Notes under the pieces: model-generated
What the model was told of the DNA's origin: nothing
Databases searched by the model: none
What the model saw: only the letters and a program-made list of their open reading frames with translations
Shown here: positions 25,749 to 43,836 of the stretch, piece after piece
Layout: each line of letters starts with the position of its first letter
Numbering within the stretch: position 1 is the first letter of the stretch
Translations under genes and position numbers: made by a program
Origin: Eledone cirrhosa
Lineage: Eukaryota
Reading direction: 5' to 3'
NCBI GenBank assembly: GCA_964016885.1
Contig: OZ024742.1
Location: 176,514,001-176,578,000 of the forward strand
DNA: 64,000 nucleotides

Positions 25749-26360
25749 ATTCAAAGTAATCCAACTTATTTGACCAACGGGATAAAAAAAATAAACCGTA
25801 CGCAGTCTCGCAGACCTTCCTGTATTATAGTTTAGGTGTACATATTTACAAAATACGATTTTTTAAAATCATGGAGTGAGTGGCGTACCGCGATCTAGGA
25901 CGAATTCTATTTGTCTGGTTCGTTAAAATGAATATCTCATTCCTCCCCAGTAACGGATTTTCCTATGATCGTGAGTTGTATGTTAAAGATCTTATATTAA
26001 TTCGATTTCTGTGTATAATTTTCTTTTCTTGTTTTATAAAACATTTTTGGGGTGAGATCTTCTGGCAACATTTTCAAGCAGTTTGAATTTAACCGCCAAA
26101 TGTGAGATTAGTTATATTGACTAAGTCTGACAGTCTTTCCGTTTGGAAAGTCACGTAATGCTGCTGCTGTCTTTGACTGTTATGTTCAGTCACTGCTGCA
26201 GTCGCGTACAGATCTCCTCGATAGAATAATAGGACTAAATTCCGTTGATAATTCGCTCCAACAGTCCTTGTTGCGTAAATTATCTGAATGTTTTCGCAAA
26301 TAACGCGGGGTTTCCGTGCATGTTGTTTTGCATATGCACTCGTTAAAATTAATACATACT

Positions 26361-26424
<64 letters not shown>

Positions 26425-26427
<3 letters not shown>

Positions 26428-26565
26428 CATTACTGGTACTTTATTTTATCGACCTCGTAAGGATGAAAGAGAAAGTTAACCGCGGTGGGATTTGAACTCA
26501 GACCCTAAATGGCCGTAACTCTCTGCTGCAAAGCATGGTGTCCGATCCTCTACCGATACTGCCAA
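26425..26565 (-). mobile_element. tRNA-derived SINE (partial)
   Basis: Reverse complement of the family head and core. Confidence 0.8.
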
Positions 26566-27567
26566 AGCTTACCAAACGTTGTCTACTTCAAAATAATGAA
26601 CTCCCACATATATTCACTTTCTTATGCGTCATCCCATCTCCCCGAAAACCTCCTCCCTTCTCGTTCTTCTAGTATCCCCTCAGAAAATACACCGAGGCTT
26701 CCTTCAGCTCTTGAGTTCACTGGAATCTGATATCCCTGAGGCTATATTCATGCGTATACTCTTGATCAAAACTGACGAATTAATATATTTAATATTTTCA
26801 TTAATTTACATATGAAATATGAGAATGGGGTTAAACTTTTGACGAAAAATAAACTTTAGAAGTTCATCATACGCGAGGGGTTAGTTGCAGAATCATTTTG
26901 TTCCCAGAGCAACATTTGGAAATTTGGCACTTTCTACATATTTCTCGGATGGCTGTTAAACACTCTATTGAGTCAAACTTTTTAACGACATCTACATAAA
27001 ATATTTTCAGAATATCTATGATAGAAACAAAATAACTAACCAGATAAAATGAATAAATATTTGCTGAAATTGTCGAGTGTAGTTTGAGAAACACGTAAAA
27101 ACTGTCTGTTATTTTTTTAATTTATAATTTTACCAGGAGGCAGACGATTAGTTTAAACAAAACTATATCAAATATTAAAAAGAAAATATATATATATAGA
27201 CATATTTGTAATGTAAAAAAAAGAATAAATAAACGTTTATACAAACGTACAGAGATTACACATATATGCAAACATAAAAAAAGACAGACAAACAAACACA
27301 CACAAAATCAAATAAAGACACACGTACAAAAACAAAACTGACCTACACGTACACAGAATCACAAGCACACACAGACAGTCAAATGGCCAAAGACATTGCT
27401 ATAAATGAACCATACACTCAAACATAATTACATGGATATACTCTCAATAATATTATATATATAGATACAGTGATATTTATGCAGACATCGAACAATATTC
27501 AGACACTCATATGTATATTAAAAGGAAATCTTTTTTCACATTACGATATATAATTCATACAACACAC

Positions 27568-27623
<56 letters not shown>

Positions 27624-30028
27624 ACAGACACACATATATATATATATATTTATATATATATATATAGCATAGTTATATCAAAGACAAAATATATATGATA
27701 TTTGAAAGTTGATTCGTCCACCAAGGTCTGTTTATCAGTGTTACTAGATTGTAATTGATGCCAATATATTGGTTTATTTGATTGGAATGATAACGAAATC
27801 CTATTAAAACCAGAAATATACTAACTGCTCCTGACAGCTTCCATAAAAAGAATGGCCTCTTTTTGTATCAACCAAAAGTCTGGAAGTTTAGCGTAGATGA
27901 TGAGGGGTGAATGATTTTGTTGGATTGCAGACGTACCAATAACAGGACAGAGAACGTTCAAATGCCATATTGTATACTTGGCAGACTGTTTACAATGTTA
28001 CAGATTTGAGATAAAATCCAGACAGCAATGTATATAATATACATGTTAAAGGGACTATTTGGGAAAGGAATAGTCGATTACTTTAGAGCTGGAGAGGAGA
28101 ATTGATCGGCCAGATTAAAAAAGTACCCAAGAAAAGCTGTATGTCACTACAGCGCTTTTACGAGTCCACCAGAAGTTACCGGCTAAAAGAAATGAAAAAT
28201 AGGTTTCTCTAGATAACCATTTGCAGAACATCGTTACTTGGATGCAGATCCTTCAATTCTCCCCGTCCGAAGGGGAGATCTCCCACCCACTTTAAGGTGG
28301 GTGAGAGATGTCTTCTCTTGTGAAAATGGGTATAGTTTTCATGATGTAAAATCTCTCCATTTTTCCCCCTTTTAGGGCACTTTTTTTCATGGTACGCCCC
28401 ATTTGGTTGGCAGTTCTATGGATGTGCACTCTAAATTTTCATATCCTGTCTCCAGTGAACACCATTGTTCGTTTTTCAGGCTCGATAAAATAAGTATCAA
28501 GCGTCTTGGAAAGTGTCGTCTAGATATTAGAGTTGGCCTAAACATTAGTGTTAAATTTGGTTGGTGGAAATTGTGAAGAAGTTCATTGGATGGATTGTAT
28601 CACTATTTTAAATCTTCAACCTTGACATTAACTGCTTTGCTGAATTGTGAATTATGCTATGTTGAAATTATGTTAAGGATGCATATATTTGTTGAATACT
28701 TAACCCCCCACATTATTCCTCTAACTAAATATCCCAACTTTGTAGTGTCATATTGTGTCTGTGGAATACTCAGCCATTTAAAATATATATGTAAATCAAT
28801 TGATCAGTATAGTCCCATTATATCAAATTTTCTTGCAAATTATGTTATGCTAAAGGAGCAAGTGTCCGTGGAATACTCAGTTATTCACCGAATACATGCC
28901 CTTCAAATGTCAGGTATTGTCAGTGTGTGTCATATTGATTAAAATAAATATGTTAACGTAAGGGTGTCTCTGACATACTCAGCTTCTCCCATGTAATCTA
29001 ATTGTTCAGTATTGTGGCAATGTATCACATTAATTTGTTAATTATGTTATGTTAAAGGTAAGGGTGCATGTGCCTGTCACAGGCTCACCGCCAGGCTTTG
29101 GTGTCCGTGTTTCCTCCGAATGTTTTGGGTGGATAATTTAATTCTCTATGGATCTTTTTGACCTGCTGCCTTGGTTAATTTCCATTTATCTATTTCTGTT
29201 TTTATTTTGAGAAGATAAGATAGCAAAGACAAGATTTCAAGGAACGTATTTCAGTACATTTTTATAAACTTTATTTCTGAAACCTGAGGGTGTATTATCA
29301 GCTAGTGCTTCCACAATTCCTTGGCAATAACACCTTATTCATTAAATTAACTAGTAGGATATTCTATTGTTTGGAAACCTGAAAGTTCGTCTTAGCGACT
29401 GACGGAGGATCCATCATTTCCATCAGTTCACTAAATTTACTATATATAGAAGTTTAATCACGCCAAAATTTCTCTTTATCAAGGATACATTAGACACTCT
29501 TGTTCTAGGTATTTATTATATAATTAAACACCACTTTGCTAACAAATGCACGTTATGTAAATTAGATTGGCATTTCAATTAAGTTCTGGTTATATATCAT
29601 AATAGTAACGATATGCAACGATTTCTCTTTGTTCTTATAAGAGCAAGGGAGGTTAACAGGCCTATGGAATAACAATATCAAACGGGCGTCTGTCTCCATA
29701 TCAATACATTACAGTGGCTTACAAATGGATCAAATAAGGGGTTATTTGAAGACGTTGTAAAAGGATTTCCACCATGGTATTATAACGTAACAATTGCTCT
29801 AGTGAAATACGTATTATCACTATTTGCTTAATAAAATAAGCTATGAAATCTAGCCTTCGTATTGCATTATAATGTATTTAACTTCGTCCTGCTATACCGA
29901 TGCGAGACCACATTAAAATTGGTAGAATACACATGACGTCGAGCGCTTTGTTCCCTTATTATACTATGGTTTTGCTGTTTTGAGGACCTCAACCACAGCC
30001 ATAGCTACCACCCTAAAGCACAAATATA

Positions 30029-30124
<96 letters not shown>

Positions 30125-30158
30125 CATATATATATATATACATACATACATACATACA

Positions 30159-30192
<34 letters not shown>

Positions 30193-30427
30193 CATACATA
30201 CATACATACACGATGAACTCATGCACTTTCCGTCTACAAAATTCCACTCACAATACAACACAACGCCCAATCTAAGGGCACAGTAGAAGACACTTGCCCA
30301 AAGTTTTGCGTAGTGTAACTGAACCTGAAAGGAAATTCCGTGACCAATCAACCACACCTACCTGTATCAAACGAACATTGTATAACATTTGAATATAGTG
30401 TAAACTCATTATATTCTCGCGATATTA

Positions 30428-30646
30428 GGGCGGTGGATTGGCAGTATTGGTAGAGGGTCGGACGCCATGCCTTGCAACAAAGAGTTACAGTTCTTTATGG
30501 TCTGAGTTCAAATCCCGCCGAGGTTAAATTTGCCTTTCATCCTTACGGAGTCGATAAAATAAAGTACCAGTAATGCACTGGGATAATTGCTGGCCTTGTG
30601 CCATTATATCAAATTTATTGGCAAATTATGTTATGCTAAAGGAGCA
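30428..30646 (+). mobile_element. SINE with chimeric 3' end, flanked by a 17-bp target-site duplication
   Basis: atattctcgcgatatta at 30411-30427 and 30646-30662. Confidence 0.82.
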
Positions 30647-30904
30647 TATTCTCGCGATATTAACATGTGTTTTCGTCGCGACTCCTGTCAAAATCATCCT
30701 GCTAGTCGTGCTTATACTATTTTAAATCTTCAAACTTTTTATCTCGTGTTTCATAAAATATTCTAAGATTAACGAAAACATTTGTATTGGGGTTGGGTGT
30801 TAGAAATAACTTGATTGTGCCATTTATGAGATTATCAAATGAAACCAGATAATGATGTAGAACATTATACTTGACTTAAAACACAGAATATATTTATTAC
30901 ACGT

Positions 30905-31120
30905 ACCTTAGTTGTTATAGCGTTGAACTTACAATTGTTAGATTGTGATTTCGATTCCCGGATTTCATGTTGCTGCAGTTCATTCAGCTGTAGAAATGAG
31001 TTGCTACGTCACTGGTGCCAGGCTGTATAGGTCTTCATCTTTCGCTTGGACAACATTGGTGGCGTGAAGAGGGGAGTCCAGTTTGCATGGGTGACTACTG
31101 ATCTTCAACAAACAAGCTTA
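30905..31120 (+). mobile_element. Second tRNA-derived SINE family (degenerate)
   Basis: B-box-like ttcgattccc followed by gttcattcagctgtagaaatgag (CORE-like). Confidence 0.55.
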
Positions 31121-31258
31121 AACATACGTTGTTTTTTTTTGCAATGGAAATAGTCTAACAGGTTAAGCATATAAGCCCCTGGAGACGACAAATGTGAACA
31201 GCGTCACCTGTGGGGCTGGAACTTAGTCATAAAAGTACAATAAAGCTGCTTACAATAT

Positions 31259-31420
31259 CTAGGGCGGGTAAAATTCCTGAGATCCATGGACGAGTTCTCT
31301 CCAGTGGTCTCTATCCCTCATCCTCGGTGTCATCTCCTGCGTCTCCAAGAAACCCGTGTCTGTCCTTAGGGCATCAACATATGCCAACCTCGGTCTCCCT
31401 TTTCCAGTGTGTCCAACCGT
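31259..31420 (-). pseudogene. RTE-like LINE 3' end
   Basis: KGRPRLAYVDALRTDTG...MRDRDHWRELV. Confidence 0.7.
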
Positions 31421-31728
31421 AGAAACAATGCCAAAGATACGACATTTCCTTGTCGGAAAAATGGACGTTAAATGATGATAATAATAACAACAAGAGAATA
31501 TTTGTGCATATATGTATTGTTTATTTAGGTCTAAGTGATTATTCCTAGTATTCTGGGGGTTCACCTGTGTACTCAAAGTATTGTCAGACATCTGTTGATC
31601 CACTGAGTACACAGGTGAAACTCCGAAATACGAAAACTGATCACCCACCATTTAAACTCTACTTCGGATTTGAATACCCATTTCCACGTTCATCAATCTC
31701 ACAAAAGAAAAATATATATATATAAATG

Positions 31729-31832
<104 letters not shown>

Positions 31833-31957
31833 ATATGTAGTAATAAACCCAGTGAATCGTGTGTTTAAAATTACGAGTGTTGAAAACCACGTTTGTTTGA
31901 GATATTTAACCATGTAACAGACAGAAAAATATACAGACCTCCTCAATGACAATTACA

Positions 31958-32039
31958 TCTCCCGGACAGATTAGGGATTAATTTGTTTCGCCCTGAGTAT
32001 GTTTGTAACAGATATTCCTTGGCCATCATCAGCGAGAGA
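31958..32039 (-). ncRNA. Type I hammerhead with full helix III (same family as 2403)
   Basis: Reverse complement: tctctcg-CTGATGA-tggcc...gggc-GAAA-caaatta-atccc-taatctg-TC-cgggaga. Confidence 0.8.
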
Positions 32040-32408
32040 ATCAGATTAAATGCGACAAACACATAATGCTAACATTCACACGAATGAATAAATACTTCAC
32101 CTCGTGCGCCGTAAGTCAAACGTGGCGTGAGTGGATTGGCTAGAAATGATAGCCTAATACACACAACCTATAAGCTCATCTAGGAAGGGAGCCGAAATAT
32201 AAATAAATAATAGTTATTGAGGCGGTCCGTATATTTTTCTGTCTGTTTCATGGTTAAATATTTCAAACAAACGTGGTTATCAACCCTCGTCATTTTAAAC
32301 ACACGATTTACTGTGTTTACCACTACATATATTATAATTATAATGGTCTGTATTTATACTTTGGGCTTGTTAATTGCAGGGTTTCAGTATGAGTCACTAA
32401 CTCTACCT

Positions 32409-32468
<60 letters not shown>

Positions 32469-32489
32469 AATAAAAGGTAGAGTTGGAAA

Positions 32490-32556
<67 letters not shown>

Positions 32557-32577
32557 AATAAAAGGTAGAGTTAGTAA

Positions 32578-32702
<125 letters not shown>

Positions 32703-32739
32703 TTCGTTTCTGAATTTGTTTAGCAAGATTCTTTATCTG

Positions 32740-34485
<1,746 letters not shown>

Positions 34486-34490
34486 TTATT

Positions 34491-34521
<31 letters not shown>

Positions 34522-34624
34522 ATATATATATATTTATATATATTTATATAAATATATATAATATTTATATAATATATATATATAATCTATATAATATATA
34601 TAATATTTATATAATATATATATA

Positions 34625-35790
<1,166 letters not shown>

Positions 35791-35897
35791 TAAATATTTG
35801 CTCTACAGTTCTTATATATTATATATATATATATATATTTATCCTTATCGAGCACTCTTTGGATTTTAGTCTTCAAATTTATTATTACTATACATAT

Positions 35898-35962
<65 letters not shown>

Positions 35963-36649
35963 CAAGCATATATATATATGTATATATACATACATACACA
36001 CATATATGCATACATACATACATACATGTGTGTGTATGTGTGTGTATGTGGATAATATATACGAATATATTCACACATACCCCAAAAGTTATATAGATAT
36101 ATGGGCGAAAATATATATTGAAGGATTGATCTGATAATGAAAATCAAATACAACGTAGTTATCTGGAAACTGGGAAAGGCATGGAAATTATTACTTGGAT
36201 GGTTTAGGTTAGAAGAGATAATTATCACATCAAACAAAAGCGTGAAAAATACCTCTATGAACAATTCATGAGATATATAGTGTTTGTAATCAGCAATTTA
36301 TATATATCTACGCTCACTATGCCTCTTCAATTTATACACAAAGTTCTTTTGCACTTTAATCGTGGTCTTGTAAGGCCTATACAGCGACATTTCAGTATTT
36401 CAGTGAACGTAACCTATCATTTGTCATGTTGGTATATGCTTATTATGTAGACATTTTGAATGATGATGTGCAGCCAATACCTCCTACTAGAGACATATAT
36501 TTCTATTCATACACAAATATAGGTACATATAAATTGCTAGCAGGAAAAATTGGCGTTCAATGATGATGATTTATATATTATTATCACTGTTCCTTTTGTC
36601 ACGTAGTGTAGATGGAAAATGCATCGGTGTATTTAGTCATCTGTCAAGT

Positions 36650-36822
36650 CACAACATGGTGTCCAGATAGATAATACGTTCCTTAAAATGTACGCAGTGC
36701 CTAGCAAGGCTGACTTTTGTACGACATCATTCTTACATGGTATTTCCATCCCCTTTAAGAAGTCCTGAAGATTCCATGGGATTGATCGCAATGCCTCGAT
36801 CACAACTGATATTACATTCTCT
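36650..36822 (-). pseudogene. R4/Dong-like (REL endonuclease) non-LTR element 3' end
   Basis: The reverse strand reads VISVVIEALRSIP...VVQKSALLGTAYILRNVL. Confidence 0.65.
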
Positions 36823-36827
36823 TATGA

Positions 36828-37312
36828 TTAATCAATAGAGTCCCTTTACGATCTGAGTTCAAATCCCGCCGAGGTTGACTTTGCCTTTCATCCTTACGGG
36901 GTCGATAAAATAAAGTACCAGTAATGCACTGGGTAATTGCTGGCCTTGTGCCTAAAGTAGAAACAATTATTAATCAATGGAGTTACGGCCCTTTCCATTC
37001 TGAGTTCAAATCCCGCCGAGGTTAACTTTGCCTTTCATCCTTACAGGGTCGATAAAATAAAGTACCAGTAATACACTGGTTATTTGCTGGCCTTGTGCCT
37101 AACGTAGAAACAATTATTAATCAATGGACAACATCTTTTGCGACATAAATTGACGGCCCTTTACTTTCTCAGTTCAAATCCCGCTGAGGCTAGCTTTGTC
37201 TTTCATCCTTACGGGGTCGAGAAATAAAGTACCAGTAATGCACTGGGATCGATTTAATCCATTTTCTCTTCCTCTTCAAATTGCTGGCCTTGTGCTAAAG
37301 TAGAAACAATAG
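36828..37312 (+). mobile_element. Tandem array of three 5'-truncated SINE copies
   Basis: Three consecutive gttcaaatcccgc...ggccttgtgc...tagaaacaat units; another copy lies at 37535-37700. Confidence 0.88.
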
Positions 37313-38564
37313 TTTGTATTATTATTATTATTATTATTTGAAACTTCCTTTGGATTCTGCTTCTTTCCCAAATCATGCTGAGTGTCAAACTGGCACATGG
37401 GGCAAAATTTGATAATACACACATTTTACGATCAATTGCCATGCAAATGATGCCACAAGGGCACAAAAACAATAAATGTCTTTGCAAGGATTTTAAATCG
37501 ATAATGCCTCTTTGAGGATGTAGATAGTATCAGGCAGCATATCGGACGCCATGCTTTCCAGCATAGTTACGTCCCTTTATGATCTGAGTTCAAATCCCGC
37601 CGAGGTTGACTTTGCCTTTCATCCTTACGGGGTCGATAAAATAAAGTACCAGTAATGCACTGGGTGATTTCTGGCCTTGTGCCTAAAGTAGAAACAATTA
37701 TTTTTCTCTTTCTCTTGTAAAGATGGCTTTCCAGGTAACTAGTGGAAAAGGAATTTTATCCTTATGTGTGTATGTGAAATCTGTGCTTAATCAAATGCAC
37801 GATCACCTGAGTAATATATTGCCTTGTTTCGTACAATAAATATAATGTTTCATTAGTTTCTGTATGTGTGTGTTTATGGACGCGTGTGGGTGTTGGGGAT
37901 GGCAGTGGTGATTGTAGGAATGACAAACATCTATGAAAGTACCAAGTCGAAAGCTTAAAGATAGGCGATGATGACCCTTATACAGAGGGGGGGGGGAGTT
38001 TAATGTGTGATAATTAGAGACTGGCAGAGATAGATACGTATATAGTAGATAGCTACCTATATAGACAGAGAGGGAAGAGAGAGATTGAAATAATGTTAGT
38101 GAGCAATTAAGATAGAAATCGATCAATATCTATTGTATAGAACTGATATTTGCATAATAAAAATCGTTTAATTTGTTGACTGGATATAAGTAATTCATGA
38201 TATTTGAAGAGTTGTTGATGAGATATTTAAAACAATCGAAACGTAAAATGGTAGTGGTGAAGTCCTTATTAGTTTCGAGATGATAGATAAGTGATATAGA
38301 AGAAACTAGTGCAAAATATTTCATCGTAAACTATTCACAAAGTGGTGTTAGATTCATAGTTCATGTTGTTGAAGGATCTGTGTAATTGGGTGGAGAAGGG
38401 ACAAAGGAATTAGGAACGTCAGCTTAATTATCTCTATATTCCACCTCACTGCGTTCTGATTTCGACTCCCATCGAGGTCAATAAATAAAATACTAGTTCA
38501 ATGCTAGGGATGACCCTTTATATTTCTTTCACATAATTCTCTCTCTCTTTATATATATATATAC

Positions 38565-38601
<37 letters not shown>

Positions 38602-40394
38602 CTTGAAAAATCAAACGGGGTACTTTGAAGTAGCTGATTCGGTTCTGACCATTCTGGGTTCTAATTCCGCCTCCTTTTGCCATGAATTACAAACAGCATA
38701 TAGTATCAACATCAAGCCGATGAATGCATCGTCTCATTTGTCCGGCCCAACTACCGGAAACTTTCCTCTCCTTTTCATTAGAATATTTGATTGGTTATTG
38801 TCGATTGTATTTTACGTTGTATTGAAATATATTGAGTATATTTTGCCAATAACAGTTGAGGTATGATAGGAATAAATACAACATTTCTATATCACTGTGT
38901 CTTTAATCACTGTCGACAGTGCCATCGTTGTTCTGTTTTCTCTGTTTCTAAAGCATACCTAACGTCCACGAAATGGGAGAAATCTTCACAGTTCACCGCA
39001 CTCTAACTTATCAAACACTAGTTCGGTTGATTGCTAACCTCGACCCTATATTCAGATTAAGGACTTTACAATTATATTTAACACAACTGACATTTGTAGA
39101 TTAACTGTTAATGTTTATACGGGAAGCTTCCAATATTAGACGTTATTCTTCTGATAAATTCAGTAAATACAGTTTGTTTGTTTTTTTTCTTTTTAATCAA
39201 ATTCTAAATTAATTTCAACAACATAGAGTTTCCACTCAAGGACTCAACTGCAATGATAGCTCCAATAGTAATTTAATAATTTGGTCCGCCAGTGAAATAT
39301 TTTATCCAGACAGCTCTGCATCAATAGCTATCCACAAGTCAGAAGTGGAGCCGGCGTTGAGGTAGGCAGCAACACTGTGGTAGGTACTAATACTAAAAAA
39401 AAAAAAATAAATAAAAACAGCAGTGACAGCAACACATGTAGCTCTATACGGCAGAAAACATTCTACTTGATCAGGGTTTGGCTCTTGGCGTAAACAACAG
39501 CGTTAGCCATAACGTAAGCAGTTGTACGTTAAGGCTTGCCTCAGAGTAAGCAAAAAGAACAACAACACTAACAACAACAGCAGCAACACCGACAAATGAA
39601 ACAGCAGCAATAACAAAATCAACGACAACAGCAAAACAACAAAAACTAACGAACATATAGTATAAAAGTAAAACTCTATTTGATCATTAAATATATTCTT
39701 ACAGAAAATAATAGCCAAGAAAACTGTTTTCTTCTTTGAACCAAAGTTATGTTGTATTCTCACTGTATCTCTTCAACTGATTCTTTCATGAACTTTGATC
39801 TTCAAATCCAGCAAACTTTAGCTCACTGCCACTTCAATCCACCTATTCATGGCTTATCTCCTTTTGCTTTTTTTTTTAGCCATCCTGTTTTGTGGGTTTT
39901 TTTTTACCCGTAATCTTCATGGTAAATATGATTCGCTGTCGCACTTTTCAGCAACGTGCGATGAATTGAAGTTTATTCTCTCTCATATGTTCACGCCATG
40001 AAATATCTTCCAACTGGACAAACGCCATATTAGCCAAAACAGTTCCATTGAACCATATCATTCCTATGATCCGAAGATCTATGGACAAAGATTTTCCTTT
40101 TCAGACAAGGAATGAACAAAGGAAAGCACATATATACTCTATGTGTGTGCTTGTATATATATGTATATGTGTATGTAGGTATGTATGTATGTATGTATGT
40201 ATATGTGTGTGTGTGTATATGTGTTTAAATGTATGAGCATGCATGTGTGCATGCATGTGTGTATGCATGTATGTACGTATGTATATGCATGTGTATGCAT
40301 GTATATGCATACGCGTCGTGCCAGATGGATTAATAGCCGAAGAATGTGTAACATGTATGTATATGCAAATGTATCTATTTGTGTCACACACACA

Positions 40395-40484
<90 letters not shown>

Positions 40485-40587
40485 CATATGTTTATATATA
40501 TATATATATGTTTGAACATTATTTTTTCTATTCATAATATTTCATATTTAATTCTTTTTTTTTAAATATATCTACGCGGGTCTGTAT

Positions 40588-40618
<31 letters not shown>

Positions 40619-40707
40619 GTGTGTGTGTGTGTTTTCGGGTGTCTATACCCAGACAAACAGACAAACACACACACACACACGCATACATATATATGTGTGT
40701 GTATATA

Positions 40708-40741
<34 letters not shown>

Positions 40742-40750
40742 CCTAAAGAA

Positions 40751-40813
<63 letters not shown>

Positions 40814-41852
40814 TATACACACACATATATTTATGTGTGTGTGTTTGTCTGTTTGTGTGGGTATAGACACCCGCAAACACATATACACACGTGCACGCAC
40901 ACAGAAACACACACAATACGCGTACATACATATTTATATGGAATACATTTGCACACGTTATATTTACACATTTACATATATATACTTCTCATATACCCTT
41001 CTCATATCCGTACGCACACACACACACACACACACACAAACATACGTATAGCTCACTCACACACGGGCACTCGACACACAAACAAACACATGTATAGCTC
41101 ATTCATACATACACACACTTAAATATCCAGCACCGATCACTAATCTTAAAGTCAATCGGAACATTAGCTAAAAGGTCAGTCGACTGACATCAATGAAGTA
41201 GAATAATACGCTAGCTTTACATGGCGCCATTTTCTTTGGGAGCAAACCGAGTTGAACGACGTTGTGTTCTGTGGGAGTTCTGTTAGCTATTGATAAATCC
41301 TCTGGCTTCTACATAGATATATGGTTCTATTGTTAGTAGTAGCTCGGCTATTGCTATTACGGGTACGGGGAATGGGGTACAGGTGGAGCAAAGTATGGGG
41401 AAGAATAATAAACGATACGAAAAAGTAAAATAAATGAAGACGAAGGAAAAGCAACTATGGTGTCAAGATTGGTGTGGAGGGAGATATTGATGGAGCAAAT
41501 AAAGGGTAAAAAAATCGATAGAAATGTATAATGAATAAAAATGTAGGAAAATGGCAGGCGAGAGGGAGAGACATATAGATAGATAGAGAGAGAGAGGGAG
41601 AGGGGGCATAGAGAGAGAGAGATGGAGAGGGGGCATAGAGAGAGAGAGGGGGAGATATAGAGGAGAGAGAGAGAGAGAGAAAACAAGAGAGTGCGTATGA
41701 AAAAGAAAGTGATGGTGATTTTAGGAATAAAGACAAAAAAATATTCAATAAAGAAAAAGATAGGACATATATATATATGTTCTCTCTCTCTATATATATA
41801 TAAGTGTATATATATATGAATATATGTATATATGTACATATATATATATATA

Positions 41853-42155
41853 TCACAGAAAAAAAGGGAATCAGTGATGCGACGAATAGAATTTATTGGA
41901 CATATTACAATCGTTTCTCTGGCGACGAGCTCGAGGCACGATCGATGTGATGATCGAACCTGACTCTGAAAATCGCAAGGTCCTCAGATATGTCTTGATT
42001 CTACGAAGCGAATTTTCCTATAGGAAAATCTGCTTCGTAGAATCAGGTTCGATCATCACATCGATTGTGCCTCGAGCTGGTCGCCAGAGAAACGATTGTA
42101 ATATGTCCAATAAATTCCATTCGTCGCAACACTGATTCTTTTTTTTCTCTGTGAT
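41853..42155. mobile_element. Fold-back element derived from an HHR-bearing repeat end
   Basis: ~110-bp inverted arms plus an internal hairpin gattctacgaagc...gcttcgtagaatc. Confidence 0.75.
41899..41994 (-). ncRNA. Type I hammerhead with long helix II
   Basis: Reverse complement: gacatat-CTGAGGA-ccttgcga...tcgccaga-GAAA-cgattg-TA-atatgtc (7-bp helix I). Confidence 0.8.
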
Positions 42156-42446
42156 ATCATACTCTGCTCTATGAGAGCATCGAGTGCTCATACGGCTTAC
42201 CGCATACATTCGGACGCTTTAAGCATCCAACACGAATTACATATCAACCTGATTAGTTTTATCGTTCCTTTGGTATATATTGTGTGTTAGTTTAGCCTAC
42301 CACAATGTTCGATTTGTCAAGCTATTTAAACGTATGTTATAAATCTGAGACCTATCTTATCGAGTGATTTGCTAACTCATCACTTCATATAAGTAGGCCG
42401 AATTTACTTGTAAACCACCAGAGATTCGATTTTACTGATTTCCAAT

Positions 42447-42529
<83 letters not shown>

Positions 42530-42742
42530 CGGAGGAAATGTGGTAAGGAACCAGGTGGACCATAACGCACCAAAGTACTCAATACTTGAGGTAGTAGAGT
42601 GGGTAATAGGAACCAGTAAGACCCCGACAGCTGAGCTCAAGCCGTTTCGACGGCTAATTCTGGACTACTAGACTCCAGTATACAAGTATATGAGTATACT
42701 TGTACATACTCTCGCACACACACACATATATATATATATTAT

Positions 42743-42866
<124 letters not shown>

Positions 42867-43118
42867 ATAATATATATATATATGTGTGTGTGTGCGAGAG
42901 TATGTACAAGTATACTCATATACAAATACATTTAATCGTGTGTGTTTGTATGTATGTATTCATCCGTTGACTGAAGAAGCATCGGGGAAATTTCAAATGT
43001 AGTCATCCCAATGCAAATGAACATAATAATGATAGTCGAAGCATGGTTACATTTTTCACTGACATCTCTGTCCACTTTCTTTTCTTATACAATTCACTTC
43101 TGATTGAAATAATATATA

Positions 43119-43325
43119 CTAGCTGAACCTGCGGAGAGCGCTGGGCGATTTGAAATTTTTCAAAATGTGGAAATGACAGTCGATCGTTATAAACCGCGTA
43201 AAATACACTTAGAGAGGAAAAAGTGACCTGAAGCTATTATTTATAACGATCGATTGACGCTATAATTATTTTCTGTGTTTGGGATATTCACACACTCAAT
43301 AATAGCTTTTGCTCTATTATATAGA
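43119..43325 (-). mobile_element. Short Helitron-like element
   Basis: The minus strand starts TCtatataatag and ends in a GC-rich hairpin plus CTAG|T. Confidence 0.5.
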
Positions 43326-43768
43326 AATTACGTAATATGACATCTGCAGTTTGATGACGTCTGCCATATGCATTAGAATGTTATTATGGTCTGGTTGCGT
43401 AAAACGAGTTTGTTAGAATGTGTCATCCGCGTTTGATTTGCCAAATTTGGAGGGTGGGTACGATTTGCTTGGCAGGAGTCATTGGTACAGTTGGCGTTCG
43501 GTTTAGGGTATTTGCTGAGTGTTAGTAGACCGATTGAAGCAATTTGCACACACACACATACACACACGCATAATTAAATATATATCAGGATTAAACAAGT
43601 AGTAAACAAGTTAGACCATTATTCAACAGAGTACTCAATACATGATATAGTAGAGTGTGACTATTTTAGAAAGAGTCAGGGCCCAATGGCTGAGCTCTTG
43701 CCGGTTCCACAGCTAATTGAATCAGCTGTCGAAACGTCAAGAACTCTGCTGTCGGATCTCGAATATTC

Positions 43769-43836
<68 letters not shown>

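Noticed and set aside
28640-29070. Semi-regular repeats resembling a CRISPR array
   Set aside because: Eukaryotic context, highly degenerate units and no cas genes; best read as a decayed minisatellite or SINE fragments.
39240-39361. Possible short host exon
   Set aside because: Open frame and a GT donor, but no homology evidence.
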